From the IMG/VR virus record IMGVR_UViG_3300021376_000041, positions 6,914 to 70,913 of that record: DNA of 64,000 nt. The stretch is one strand, 5' to 3'. Origin of the DNA: a virus. Both the position numbers and the translations under genes were made by a program. The notes beneath the pieces were generated by a model. It saw only the letters and a list, made by a program, of their open reading frames with translations. It was not told the origin of the DNA and did not search any database. Below, one piece after another: positions 35,901 through 48,100 of this stretch (position 1 is its first letter; the number at the start of each line of letters is the position of its first letter).

Positions 35901-38504
35901 TCTGATAAAAGCGGTTTACAGGAAATTATACCTAATTTTCTTTTTGATCAAAGTATAACAACGGTTACAAATAATTCTTTGTATGATGATAAAAGCTATT
36001 CTTATAAAGTATTTTTAAATGGTAAAGCACAAAGAGACTTAGACGTTACAATACTAGAATCTAGTATAAAAACCGATATAGAAACGGCTGAAAAAAGCTT
36101 AAGAGATTTTTTGTCCGATTTTAATATTGCTTATAATCTGTATATAACTACTTTGGGAATACAGATTGGTTTTGAAGTTGGTACAGCTATTCAATCTAAT
36201 AATTTTCAAAGAGCATCTAGCAACTCTGGAGTTTTGCAAACTTTAGAAGCAAATATTAAAGGTTTAAGTCCAACATTTTTTAATGAATTTTTAAAATTTA
36301 TTAGATTACAAGACATGTTTATGGTTAATAGTATATCTGACATAGACGAGCTAAAAGTTCTATTTCCAGATAATAAATTATTAGCTAATCATTTAGTTAT
36401 TTCTGATTCTGGTATTGCTGTGTATATAACAGTTTGTGAATATTTAATTAAACATAAAAATGATTTAAGCAATATGCTTAACCAAATAGCACAAAGGCTT
36501 CGTCCCGCTTCTGAGAATACTTTAATACCTAATGAAAATGTCGCAAGTTATAATGATTTATTACAACAATTAGAATTTGCTATTAGTCAATACAATCAAA
36601 TAAAAAATGCTTATGAATTATTATTAAATTCTTCAATCAATTATCCTTCTTATGATTTAAATATGTCATTTGGCTTATCGTCATATAGCGGAATAAAAAA
36701 TTATGATAATGAATCAATTTATAATATTTCTTCTACGCTAATTAAAAAAAATAATAAACAATATATAAAATTTGGTAGTAAAAATAAAGTAAAAGACTCA
36801 ATAAAAAATTATATTTTAAATGATTTAAAAATAGACAAAGACGGAATAAACAAAAATAATATTTTTAATGAATATATAAAATCTAAAAACGATTTATACA
36901 ACTCTTATATTGATATTAATTCAGATATTGTATTTGATAATAATAAATTTTCTTCTTTAGATAAATTTATTTTTAATAAACTAGTAAATAATATTAAATC
37001 ACCAAATAATTTATTTGATAACTGTAGAATTATTAAACAAGAATTTAAGCCAACTCCTGATAGCGAAGTGGAAATTAAAGAACATAAAGTACCTTATACT
37101 AAATTGTTTGGCGATAAATTAGTGATTAAACAAACCCCAGAGCAAAAAGCTTGTAATGTTCGTCCACATTATTTGGATATTGATTCTATAAAAAGCGATA
37201 TTATTAATAACAAAGAAAAAAGCTTGTGTTCTATAGAAGAAGCTAAAAATGAAAATATTATTAATAATATCCCTATTAACTCCTCAGAGATGCAAAATTT
37301 AGAAACTTCTGAAACGCAAAATATAATTTTAAATGGAGTTTTTAAATTAGCGATACGTACATATTTGCATGACATTTTGTTAAGAGGAATAAATTTATTT
37401 TCTTATTATGATCCACAAAGTTTAAGAAAAGATGAATCCTTTATTAGCTTTATGGCTTATTTAGTAGAATCTGAAATGAGGGGTGTGGATAACACTTTCT
37501 TTACACTTATGATGAGTGGTATAAACCGCGCAGTAAATCCTGACAGCTCTAGAACACAACAAGAAATAGATTTCTTATCTAGGGACATGTTTAAAGACAC
37601 GGTAGCAGTAGAATTGCAAGAAGTAGTATTGCCAAAATTAGCCAAAAGACTAAATGAAGATACTAATAAATATTTAATACAAAGTCAATATGCTTCGCTA
37701 TTAGAACCATTATTAACTAGTGATAGTAATAAAACTCTTAAATTAGTAAATGTGGTTAAAGATGCTAAAGATTTATTTGCAGAAAATATTTTGTTTCAAA
37801 AACAAGATGGAGTTTATTTATTGGTTGATAATAATAAAGCCATAAAAATATCAGATGGTACTTATGAACAATTCGCCAATTCTGTGGATTATGAATTGTT
37901 GTTTGAATATTTATTTCCACAAACGCAATATTTAAGCTTTATGTTTATTACAAGCGCGTTGAGCACTTCTACAAGAAGAAGTATACTGGATATTTTTAAA
38001 GATACAAAAGCCTGTATTAGAAATCTAGGCAAGATAGCTCAAACAAACGGTGCTAATATCACCCCAGACTTAACTAATGCTCAAGATATTATTAACAACG
38101 ATACCGATGATTTATTAAAAAAGTATCTTTTTGAGACATTATTAAAAACTCCATTCCTTATTTTTAAAGGTTTTGCTGAAATGTCAGAGCCTAATTTATT
38201 AATAAGTTCAAGCATTTATAAAACTTTGAGCCTTTTTGTTCCTGAAACTCCATCTTTTATTATTCCTCCTACTTCCGGTATATTATTTGCCACAGGCATA
38301 TCATTTGTAAATCCTATAGTTTATTTCTTATATTTAGGAGGCTTCTTCTGGTATGAAGATAAATCTAATAATTCTGATATAGCTAAAAAATCTATGTTAT
38401 TAAAATTTGCTGAAGGCTCTGGCGAAGATATGAATTGTGAAAGTATTACCAATAATAACAACGACTTAGTTAAATTAAATAATGAAGGTATATATGAAAT
38501 ATAA
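32916..38504 (+). CDS. very large virion protein (1862 aa)
   Basis: between spike and gp25 genes; SH3-like N-terminus, helical core, hydrophobic C-terminus. Confidence 0.6.
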   Translation: MSNFEEVKYPPTPNYETHFLNKESVYLDVSREELLLSSSFSVNTTNKAPQNTKVTIIEEGLGVNALWNYVKYNNKSVYFLRENLTPLNGIKQSMPLAIDSAYQQNLQSPKIDWREQKPNTVYLDTYNAKFCTHIELPYEKVNGKEDLKEKIKEGYYKGVALILKETAKQYDIVYINQLTDSYYKFAEAEEYFFPLRECSTLRVLVTISSKYLNSGFINNNKVNKKGIYEEKELLDLFNSQLFDEDTFGSSEGSGPTSDQDQISIYETLEYNNYDLFSRHISEIKNILIQNQVIYATGQWDIVPDGVNLNFLTEIANIELFFNKINKFLDSNISKKPIDQAFNINNLVSSIVGEPWSGNLKFILNKNDTKIVDIQFFDNFNNKIPLNIGYYSILQDETILNKTTINYLKKIKKPTTLDDILLGISGSIMPSLQSAASSLTLAVTNPEQALKNLAADIQNAPENIANNLANAADNVSSGIDNAAQNIQQLIPDEILKKFLINYHEPSITDIIRRPIDLAQCVQSNYNLLKEIENNIKPAALRQFESQIQEYQKRKKEFDGSTFDKILSGDISKTFDPRLRKLFGLDPIDFSNPIRGLNEILGIINLFDIQRWLLESLKCGTLDFDPQQFNKLLEQYGNVKKALDALAVISVCNPNFTNVLKLYTSFTLPLLPTTNPNRSLIEQLIKLVVQVTNDIVVLTIRQLLTNSFKNCADDKRRNNLPNSLSNNIDPNAGFNDPAIDDLLNDISGGIYDENGEIIPEARDAAKQKLKQLLDELSNCLSTRELCALLTGKTVNDSVIDAIVSFIKRKYNNPNGITNLANKFNNRDYIINFFLVLGRNLGDDLLICDDILNQPEDFNKNPLCDDGTINNLRKKLLGDKGLTPDLIDDLLKDINDKKAKNLDDLLKFLDSDDPFKYDNIPSVLCKDGIPPAIKVSPSIDSFKGLLNALFRDVYDNFDRESTEWYKTTYSTKGGPKTMSFDESGKLVFDTSSAGEATDSDKSGLQEIIPNFLFDQSITTVTNNSLYDDKSYSYKVFLNGKAQRDLDVTILESSIKTDIETAEKSLRDFLSDFNIAYNLYITTLGIQIGFEVGTAIQSNNFQRASSNSGVLQTLEANIKGLSPTFFNEFLKFIRLQDMFMVNSISDIDELKVLFPDNKLLANHLVISDSGIAVYITVCEYLIKHKNDLSNMLNQIAQRLRPASENTLIPNENVASYNDLLQQLEFAISQYNQIKNAYELLLNSSINYPSYDLNMSFGLSSYSGIKNYDNESIYNISSTLIKKNNKQYIKFGSKNKVKDSIKNYILNDLKIDKDGINKNNIFNEYIKSKNDLYNSYIDINSDIVFDNNKFSSLDKFIFNKLVNNIKSPNNLFDNCRIIKQEFKPTPDSEVEIKEHKVPYTKLFGDKLVIKQTPEQKACNVRPHYLDIDSIKSDIINNKEKSLCSIEEAKNENIINNIPINSSEMQNLETSETQNIILNGVFKLAIRTYLHDILLRGINLFSYYDPQSLRKDESFISFMAYLVESEMRGVDNTFFTLMMSGINRAVNPDSSRTQQEIDFLSRDMFKDTVAVELQEVVLPKLAKRLNEDTNKYLIQSQYASLLEPLLTSDSNKTLKLVNVVKDAKDLFAENILFQKQDGVYLLVDNNKAIKISDGTYEQFANSVDYELLFEYLFPQTQYLSFMFITSALSTSTRRSILDIFKDTKACIRNLGKIAQTNGANITPDLTNAQDIINNDTDDLLKKYLFETLLKTPFLIFKGFAEMSEPNLLISSSIYKTLSLFVPETPSFIIPPTSGILFATGISFVNPIVYFLYLGGFFWYEDKSNNSDIAKKSMLLKFAEGSGEDMNCESITNNNNDLVKLNNEGIYEI
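37687..37719 (+). repeat. 33-bp exact repeat, copy 2
   Basis: identical to 29481-29513; encodes YASLLEPLLT in both genes. Confidence 0.9.
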
Positions 38505-38546
38505 ATTTTATTTATTTTAAAAACTATTTAAAATTAGGAAAACATT

Positions 38547-38921
38547 ATGAAAGGCTTTTCACCAAAGTTACCATTAGTAAATGATAAATTAGATGGACCA
38601 TATTCTTTAAATAAAGATATTAAAGAATTAACAAAACAAAATTTAAAAATGTTAATTTTAACTAATCCCGGTGAAAGAATAATGATTCCCACATTTGGTG
38701 TTGGAATTAAGCAATTTTTGTTTAGTCTTGATATACCGGAGACAAGAAATCAATTAAGCAAAAAAATTTATGAACAAGTACAAAGGTATCTTCCATATAT
38801 AAAAGTTACAGAATTAGATTTTTCTAGTCCTAATTCTAACGATAATAACACTTTATACGTATCTATAAAATATAATATAGATTATTTAGCAATAAATGAT
38901 GAACTAAATATTCAAATATAA
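38547..38921 (+). CDS. baseplate wedge protein, gp25-like
   Basis: QNLKMLILTNPGERIMIPTFGVGI...YLPYI. Confidence 0.92.
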   Translation: MKGFSPKLPLVNDKLDGPYSLNKDIKELTKQNLKMLILTNPGERIMIPTFGVGIKQFLFSLDIPETRNQLSKKIYEQVQRYLPYIKVTELDFSSPNSNDNNTLYVSIKYNIDYLAINDELNIQI

Positions 38922-38950
38922 TCTAATTATTTATATTTGAGGCTAAATAA

Positions 38951-40756
38951 ATGGCAAAAAAAATAGTTCCTATAAAATATACTAGTCGTGATTTTGAAAC
39001 AATAAAAAACGATTTAATACAACACGCTAAAAGATATTATCCAGAAACATATAAAGACTTTAGCGAGGCTTCATTCGGTTCATTAATGCTTGATACTGTC
39101 GCTTATGTAGGCGATATAATGTCTTTTTATTTAGATTATCAAGCTAATGAAGCATTTTTAGACACAGCTTCAGAATTTGAAAATATTTTAAAACTTGGTA
39201 AACAGGTAGGCTACAAATTTTCTAATTCTAATTCTTCTACCGGTATAGCATCATTCTATATCTCGGTTCCAGCTAATTCTACTGGTCTTGGCCCTAATTT
39301 AGACTATGCCCCGATTATTAAAAAAGGCAGCACATTCGCTACCAATAGTGATGTAAATTTTATATTAAATGAAGATGTGCGTTTTGATAACCCTAAAAAT
39401 GAAATAAGAGTTTTAACTGTAGATAATGCTACCGGTACTCCATTATATTATGCCATAAAAGCCAAAGGACAAGTGATATCTGGTGTCATTGGCAGAGAAC
39501 AAATACAAATTGGTGATTTTGAAAGATTTAAAAAAGTTTCTTTGCAGCAATCAAACATTATAGAAGTACTATCAGTATTTGATTCCGAAGGAAATGAATA
39601 TTATGAAGTTGATTACTTGTCACAAAACATAATTTATAAATCTATAACTAATAGAGATATTACTGAATCTACTTTAGCTAAAGAAATACTAAAACCATAT
39701 TTAGTACCAAGAAGATTTATAGTTGATAAAACACTTAATACCAGTACTTTAGTTTTTGGTGCCAGTTCAGATAATATAGTTCAAGACGATTTATCGTCGT
39801 ATGCAGAGCCTACAAATGTAGTATTAAATATGTTTGGAAAAAACTATATTTCTTCTGATGCTTTTGACCCAAGTAAACTTTTAAATAGTGATAAATTTGG
39901 AGTTGCCCCATCAAATACAGTTTTAACTATAAATTATCGTTATTTGAACGCTAATATACAAGTTAATTTTGCCTCTAACTCGCTCACATCTGTAAGAAAT
40001 GCGCAGTTATTTTTTGGTGATGAACAGAACTTAAATTCTGCAATAAAAACTAAGGTTATTTCTAGTCTAGAAGTTAATAATGAATCACCACTTTTGGGTG
40101 ACACAACAGTAATCGATTCTGACGAGTTAAGAAGAAGAATAGAAAATTCTTTTGCTTCACAAAATCGCGCTGTAACAGAACAAGATTATAAAGTATTAAC
40201 TTATTTGATGCCACAAAAATTTGGTTCTATCAAAAGAATAAATGTTAAAAAAGATTTAAATTCATTAAAAAGAAATTTAAATTTATATGTTCTATGCGAA
40301 GATTCAGATGGATACCTTACCGCTCCCAACCAAACAGTAAAAAACAATATTAAAACTTGGTTAGATAAAAATAGAATGATTAATGATACTATTGATATTC
40401 TAGATGGTAAAGTTGTTAATTATGCTATAACTTTTACTGCTGTTGGTAGTAATAATCGTTCTAAATATGATATTTTAACAGACGCTATTAACCAATTAAA
40501 AATAGATTTTGCTAGATTGCCAGATTTTGGTGAACCTTTTATGATTACAAATATTTACGATAGTTTAAAAAAGGTTGATGGATTATTAGATGTTGTTTCA
40601 GTAAATATCGAAGAACGAGTTGGTGGTTTATATTCTAATGCGCAGTTTAGCTTTAAAAACAATACTTCAGCTGATGATAGACACATTACTGTGCCAGATA
40701 ACGTTGTAATGGAACTAAAATATCCAAATACAAACATTAAAGGAACTATTTTGTAA
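38951..40756 (+). CDS. baseplate wedge protein, T4 gp6-like
   Basis: YTSRDFETIK, DFSEASFGSLMLD..AY, FASQNRAVTEQDY. Confidence 0.9.
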   Translation: MAKKIVPIKYTSRDFETIKNDLIQHAKRYYPETYKDFSEASFGSLMLDTVAYVGDIMSFYLDYQANEAFLDTASEFENILKLGKQVGYKFSNSNSSTGIASFYISVPANSTGLGPNLDYAPIIKKGSTFATNSDVNFILNEDVRFDNPKNEIRVLTVDNATGTPLYYAIKAKGQVISGVIGREQIQIGDFERFKKVSLQQSNIIEVLSVFDSEGNEYYEVDYLSQNIIYKSITNRDITESTLAKEILKPYLVPRRFIVDKTLNTSTLVFGASSDNIVQDDLSSYAEPTNVVLNMFGKNYISSDAFDPSKLLNSDKFGVAPSNTVLTINYRYLNANIQVNFASNSLTSVRNAQLFFGDEQNLNSAIKTKVISSLEVNNESPLLGDTTVIDSDELRRRIENSFASQNRAVTEQDYKVLTYLMPQKFGSIKRINVKKDLNSLKRNLNLYVLCEDSDGYLTAPNQTVKNNIKTWLDKNRMINDTIDILDGKVVNYAITFTAVGSNNRSKYDILTDAINQLKIDFARLPDFGEPFMITNIYDSLKKVDGLLDVVSVNIEERVGGLYSNAQFSFKNNTSADDRHITVPDNVVMELKYPNTNIKGTIL

Positions 40757-42186
40757 TGTCAATAAAAAAATATATTGCCAACAAAGATACTACCATAACT
40801 AATGCCTTCATGGAAAACATGATTACAAGAGGCATTAACTCAAATATGGGTGCTTCTGATTCACTTGAAGTTTTCACAATATATGGTCAAGTTACCACTT
40901 CCTCATTAGAAAAAACAAGGCTTTTAGTACAGTTTCCAGTTGATAATATTGCGTCTGATAGGGTTTCTGGTTCTATACCTGCTAGCGGTAGCGTGTCTTT
41001 TTATTTAAGGCTATACAACGTAGTTCATCCATTTAGTGTTCCAAGACAAGTTACATTATCTATAAATCCATTGTCTAAATCTTGGGAGGAAGGTTATGGA
41101 TTAGACATGGAAGGTTATACAGATAAAGGTTATGTAAGCGACACAGCAGGGTACGGCAGTACATGGATGTACGCTGCTAGCGGCTCTGCATGGGTTAATG
41201 AAGGAGGCGATTATTTAACGTCCTCTGGATATGATTTAAGCTATTATTTAGAAAGCGGCCTTGAAGATATAGAAATGGATATTACATCCTTAACAGAACA
41301 ATGGCTTACTGGTTCTCTAGCTAACAATGGCTTGATCGTTAGACTTTCTTCTTCTTTAGAAAACGGTTCCAGACTAGAAAGTTTTTATACTAAAAAGTTT
41401 TCAGCGCGTGGTTCTGAGTTTTATATGCGCAGACCATGCATAGAAGCTCGATGGGATCCATCTATAACAGATGATAGAAATAATTTCTTTGCTTCTAGCA
41501 GCTTAGTAAGCGCAGAAGATAATAAGATGAGTTTATATTTCTATAATAAAGTTAATGGACGTTTAAAAAATATTGCTGGTAATCCAACATTATCTTTGCA
41601 GCTTTTTACTAATTCATCTTTTAGTGATGCTATAACGGCTTCTTATAATGTCGTTAGCAATCCGTTACCGGGTGTTTATAAAGCTCAAGTAGCGATAGAT
41701 ACAACCTCTAGCGTATTATACGATAAATGGGTAAACAGCTCTAGCGCTTCTATTAAATATTTTTCTGGTTCTTTTGACGTAAATACTAGAGAAGGCGACA
41801 ATAGTTCTTATCTACCAGAATATATTTATAATATTACTAATTTAAAAAATGTTTATGACCAAAATGAAAAAGCAAGATTTAATATTTTTGTTCGTGAACG
41901 TGATTGGCAACCAACAATTTATACCGTTGCATATAATAATGTAGAAAATACTGCAATTCCTAATTTATATTACAAAATTTTTAGATTTAACGATAATTAT
42001 ACAGTAGTTGACTATTCCACTGGCTCTTTAGCATATACAAAAACTTCATATGATTCAAATGGTAATTATTTTGAATTAGACATGAATATTCTTGAAAAAG
42101 ATTATGGATATGGTATAAAATTAGCAACTTGGGATGGCGTACAACTTGCAGAGTATAAGGACGTATATAAATTTAGGATTCGGTAA
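40756..42186 (+). CDS. baseplate/tail structural protein (DNRLRE-like beta domain)
   Basis: KDTTI, RLLVQF, WEEGYG, W...GGD, NNGLIVR; rich in SGS/TGS. Confidence 0.7.
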   Translation: MSIKKYIANKDTTITNAFMENMITRGINSNMGASDSLEVFTIYGQVTTSSLEKTRLLVQFPVDNIASDRVSGSIPASGSVSFYLRLYNVVHPFSVPRQVTLSINPLSKSWEEGYGLDMEGYTDKGYVSDTAGYGSTWMYAASGSAWVNEGGDYLTSSGYDLSYYLESGLEDIEMDITSLTEQWLTGSLANNGLIVRLSSSLENGSRLESFYTKKFSARGSEFYMRRPCIEARWDPSITDDRNNFFASSSLVSAEDNKMSLYFYNKVNGRLKNIAGNPTLSLQLFTNSSFSDAITASYNVVSNPLPGVYKAQVAIDTTSSVLYDKWVNSSSASIKYFSGSFDVNTREGDNSSYLPEYIYNITNLKNVYDQNEKARFNIFVRERDWQPTIYTVAYNNVENTAIPNLYYKIFRFNDNYTVVDYSTGSLAYTKTSYDSNGNYFELDMNILEKDYGYGIKLATWDGVQLAEYKDVYKFRIR

Positions 42187-42188
42187 CT

Positions 42189-45100
42189 ATGTCATTAAAA
42201 GATCTATTTGGTAAAACTTCTGAAAAAATAGTCTCCAATAAACAATTACAAGATTTATACGAGCAAGCAGAATCAGAAGGTTTTCTAGAAGAACTAGTAG
42301 AAGATAGGCAAAGATATTTGCCTTCTGTGGATTTTTCTAATTTTTCTAATTATATTATATATGGTTCCGCAGAGCGCTATTTTGTTGATGGTATAACAAA
42401 TATATATCAAAATTATCCATATGACGGTTCTAAAAAAGAAAAGCAAGATTGGAGAAATAATTCTTCTCAATTAGATTTATATATATTTGATGAAATATAT
42501 CCAAAAACCAAAGGATATGTTGTATTAAGTGGCAGCAATGTCTCTGTTAATGGTTCAAACATTCGCTCTTCTTCGGCTCCACAGTATGTGTTGATTAAAG
42601 GTGGTCCTAATCAATCTGCTGATGGAAAGTTTGAAAAATCTAATATTTATGATTTAGATACTAATCGTGAAAGTAATTTAGGAATTACTCAAAATGGCAA
42701 TACCGTTGAATTTTGGTTTAAAGATAACGTTACCTCTGGAAGCTCCTTATCAACAGCAGAATACTGTTTATTAGATCTTTGGAATGGTAATAGTAGTGGT
42801 AGTGCAAATTATACTCGATTAACAATTAGTAAGCAATACAGCACTAGCAATAACAAATTTTTTGTAACTTATGTATCTGGTACTGCGGGTATTGTTTCAC
42901 AATTGCTTGATTATGATTTCGATCCATATAGTTGGCATCATTATGCCTTTACATTTAGCAATACAAACATCACAGATTTAGAAGTTTGTTTATTTGTAGA
43001 TGGCAACCTTGTTAAAAAAACCAATTTTGCTTCCGTTGGTAGTATTAATTTAGCTGACAATTCTAATTTAATTGCGTTTTTGGGTGCCTATAGAGCAGAC
43101 CAAAATGGTAATTCTTCTAGTTATTCTAGTTTGGGTCAAAGTCACGGTTCATATGACGAATTCAGATTTTGGAAAACGGCTAGAACTCCAAGGCAAATAT
43201 ATAGAAATTGGTTTACTAATGTCGGAGGTGGCTCTAATACCGATGATTCCAACACTAATCTAGGAGTATATTTTAAATTTAATGAAGGTATTGTAGACAA
43301 TTCCTCAATCAATTCTCTAGATGCAGTGTGCTTAGATTACAGCGGTAGAGTATCAAATGGTACCATAATTAATTATGATGTAAATTGCAAGTCTACTTCA
43401 TCAGCTATAGATATATATTTTGATACGTCGCTAGAACAAGCAGAACCAATAGTATTCTCTTCTAATCCACTAGTACAAAATAAAATAGAAGAATATACAG
43501 ATTTAGGTTTTCAATACGATGTAACAAATGTATCTAGTATATACAGAAAATTACCATCTTGGATTACAGAAGAAGCAGAAAAAGATAACTATCCTGATTT
43601 ACAAAGACTAGTACAAATTATCTCTAGCTATTTTGATACTTTGCATTTACAAATAAAAAATCTTTCTTCTATAAAAAATATAGAATATTCTTCTGAGAAT
43701 GATAAACCAAAACCTTTTTATAGCAATATATTAGCTTCTCATGGTTTTGATAATATAGAGATATTTAACAATAGTACATTTTTAGAAGATGTTTTATCAA
43801 GAAATGAATCAAGTGAATTTGAAAATAAAATTTCTGATATTAAAAATGTAATTTATCAAAATATATATAACAATCTCTCTTATATATATAAGAGCAAAGG
43901 TACAGAAAAATCATTTAGAAATTTAATTCGCTCTTTTGGCGTTGATAACGAATTAATAAAAATAAATCTTTATGCCAATAATGCCGAATATGATTTTTCA
44001 GATAAGTACAATTATACTTCTATAAATAAAAAATATATAGATTTTAATAATCCCAATAGATATTCTGGAACAGTTATACAGTATTACAAATCTGCTGATA
44101 CTGATACAAATGGGTATATTACTGGTCTTGCTTCTGGCAAGCTTGACTATGCTCCAATAACAGTACAAGCAGAAATATTATTTCCTAAAAAATCTGATAG
44201 CGAATTTGAAAATTATCAATATACAGATTTTACTGATATATCACTATTTGGAAGCCATACTGCTAATTCAAATAATACTGTTTTATCTTGGGCTAATAAT
44301 GATAATTTTAATTTTCAAGTTTATGCAATAAAAAATGATCCAAATAGTACAGATGTATATTTTAAATTAACTGGCTCTTTATCTGCTAGCGGCTTTAGTT
44401 TAACTTCCAGCTGGTATCCTGATGTATACGAAAATAAGAAATGGAACCTAGCTGTCAGAATTAAACCTGATAAATTAGGAAATATCGGGTATAGTTCCGG
44501 TAGCTCTAACACAGATTATGTTATTGAATTTGTTGGTTATAATTCCATTCTAGATACCAAATTAGAAGAAGGATTTATATTATCTGCAACTATTCCTCAA
44601 GCTGATGCAATATCAGCACTACGAGAAAATAAAAGATTGTATGCCGGTGCGCATTACGATAATTATGATTCTTCTAGCTTACTAGCTAAAACAGATGTTA
44701 AAGTTTCTTCTGTAAGATATTGGCTTGATTATTTAACAGATGAAGAATTAAAAAATCATTCCTATGATGCTTCTAGTTATGGCTCTTTAAGACCCAATTG
44801 GCGTCCAGATTTTATAACAGACAATCTAATAGTTACTAAAGCAGATATGTTGTTGCTAAATTGGTCTTTCGATAGTGTAACCGGGACTAACAATCAAGGT
44901 CAGTTTATAGTTGATGATATATCTTCTGGATCTGTTGATCTTGCCAATAGATATGGATTAGATTGGCTAGGGCCAGTTATCGGGTACCAGCAAAGTGGTT
45001 TAGCGTTTGGATTTGGCGCAAATGATTCACAGGTAGCCAATAAAGAATATATTTATTCTGCTAAAATAGCTACACCAGAAATCTTCAATGGCTCCGACAT

Positions 45101-48100
45101 GATTCAAGTCCCAGCCACTGATGATTTTGCCAGAACAAAAATTGGAAAACCAGTTTCTTTCTATTTTTCTATTGAAAAAAGCATGGCGCAAATTATTAAT
45201 GATGAAATATTAAATTGGTTTGCCACTATAAAAAATTTCAATAATTTAATTGGTTTACCTAATCATAAATATAAAAAAGAATATTCTGATCTTGTGCATA
45301 TGAGAAAAATATTCTTTGAAAAAGTAAACAACGAGCCAGATTATGAAAAATTCCTAGAATTTTATAAATGGATTGATTCATCGATTTCGATGATGATTGG
45401 ACAATTAGCACCAGCATCAGCTAATGTTTCTGATAAAGTTAGAAATGTGGTAGAAAATACTTTATTAGACAGAAATAAATATGAAAATAAATTACCTATT
45501 ATAAAATATAAAGATAGAATAGTTCCGGTCGGCGGCGGCGGTGGTTTGTCGCAAATCAACTATTCTTCTTTACGTGCGCCTAGTAGCCCAGCTGGAAAAG
45601 AATGGTACAAAAAACGCGCCATCAGGACACAAGAAATAAGTGGCAGCGGTGAAACTATCACTACTCCATTAGAACCACAAAATGATATTGATAGAGAAAT
45701 TATTAGACAAGTAATTAATTATTCATCTTATGGTAAGGATGTAACTTTATATTCTGCCGAAAATGATACTTTTTATGAAGGCAAAAAAGATCTAAATAAA
45801 ATTTATTCTAAGCACTATGTTTTAAATGCGGATAAATTACTTATTGTAGAAGGTAAAATATTAGGTAATGAATTGACAAATATTTCTTCTAGCAATCAAT
45901 TTATATTTGCTGCTGATTTAATGGCTTCTTCTAGCGATACTCAAGTTATTGATCCTTCAAAATCGTTATATAATATAATTTCAACGCCAACATTGTTTGA
46001 CTTAGATAGTTCTTCTTCTTATGCTGGTATTAGAAAAGCAACAAAAACAAGCTATAAATTTAAAAATCCATATGAGTATTTCCAGACTTCTGGTAGATCT
46101 GCCAACAATAAAGCATTTGTAGATTTGGAAGGGGGTGTTTCTGGGACAGCAAATATAGATATACTTGAAGTTACTAGTAGAACATTACCAAATAGAAATA
46201 CGGCCAATGGTAATGGGCGTAAAACAATATTTGTTGAAAGATTTAGTGCCCCCGGAGGTCCAGAGGTAAATAGCAGGGGCGCTCTTGATTCTGTGGCAGA
46301 AGAATATTCTGCTTATAATTCATTAAATTATAGGAATTTTAGAGTACGTAAACATTTAAATTCTTGGTTAGCAGAAACATCTAGTTTTGATGAACAAAAT
46401 CCTTCTTATCATAAAGTACCAAATAATATAGCTAGATATCCTGCCGATGATAATGGTAATAGTATAAATTCTCAAAATGATAATGCCTTTATAAGTCACG
46501 CAATTCCAAGAAGCGATAGGCAGTATGCTTGGGTAAACGCTTCATTAGATGCAGACGATGGATTTAGCGGCTATGCAAGCGAGTTTGCTAACTTAAATAA
46601 GAGTTATCAAACAATTAGTTCATCTGAAATTATTGGCTTATCTAGCATACCATATGTTAATTTTAGATATTTAGATTCGGTTAGTTATAATAATTTATTA
46701 ACAGATAAAATTATTAATACTGGCTCTAATATTATAAGTACTGGTAGCTTATTTGCTACCACTTTAGATTATTTTGGTTTATATTTCTACTTGACTACAC
46801 TAAATGGTCCTTATCAATACCCGTCTTGGAAACAAATTAGAAATTCTGAAAATCCCATAGTTGTTCAATCAAAGAAAAACAACAATATTCTTGTTCAAGA
46901 TCAGTCTATACAGCTGTTTAAGAGTGTTAATGGTACTTTGGTACCATATGTTGATTCAAAATCTCAAACATTTAAAGCCTATAAAGAACCGCCTATTGAA
47001 TATAACATTCCTATGAAACACGTAGTAGAGGTAAGTGGTTCAACAGGTTCTATCGAAGTTATAAGCACATATGATAATAATATTAATAAGTTTGCTAATG
47101 CTTCATTGATGACAACACTTGGTCAAAAAGAAAGAAGTGAATTGCAGACTCATAATACCTTGGTTGCTATGAGCAAGGGTGAGTACATCCCAGAACCACA
47201 AATATTATCTGCTTCATATAGCAAAATGCTATTCCCATCTAGAAAATATGTTGGCTTAAAAGAAACTCGTACAAGACCAAATTATACTGAAATAGCTGGC
47301 ACGGCAAGCAACGGTTACGACAGAAATTCTGCTAAAATTAGAACTTTTTGGAAAGATGCTATTGCCGATAGACAAAGAACTAATGCATTTTTCTCATCCA
47401 ATAAAACCGGTTCTATTAATTGTTTAAATATAGCACAATTAAGCGCTAGTAGTGCGTTAAATGGTTTTGCTGGTTATGTTAGACAATCATCTTCTACGTG
47501 GGATGATATTTTTCCCGTATTCTCAGTAAGAAAAAATATGTCAGCATCTTATGATTCATTTAATAGTATTGAAATTACCAGCAGCTATAATAATTCATTT
47601 AAAAAATTATTCGGACTAATATTTTTTTCTACGTTAGAAGACTATTGTTTAATGGGAGATTTAGCCGGGTTTAGCGAAGTAGAAGCAGTAAATTTTTTAA
47701 AAGAACAAGTTGGTACTTATTATTATGTTCCAGTTACAGGTACTAATGGTAAAACTATACAAGTGGAACATTTTCGTTATGATCCAGCGGTTAACTTTGT
47801 AAGACCAAAACCTTCTTATACATATAAAATTCATTATCCTAGTGTAGCTTCACAAAGAAGCAGTTCTTATGGATTTGGGATAAAAGCGAATATATATACC
47901 ACTGCTATTAGACATTTTATTAATGAAGGTATGTATTATAATACTAATATTTTGGCAGGAAAAAATCCTTGGTATAATACATACGAACAATATTTTGAAG
48001 ACTTAAAACCCTATTCTATTTCTGCGTCTATACTGCCAGAATTTAATTATTCAGAAAACGGAGATTATTATATAAGCGGTAATACCACTATACCACCAAA

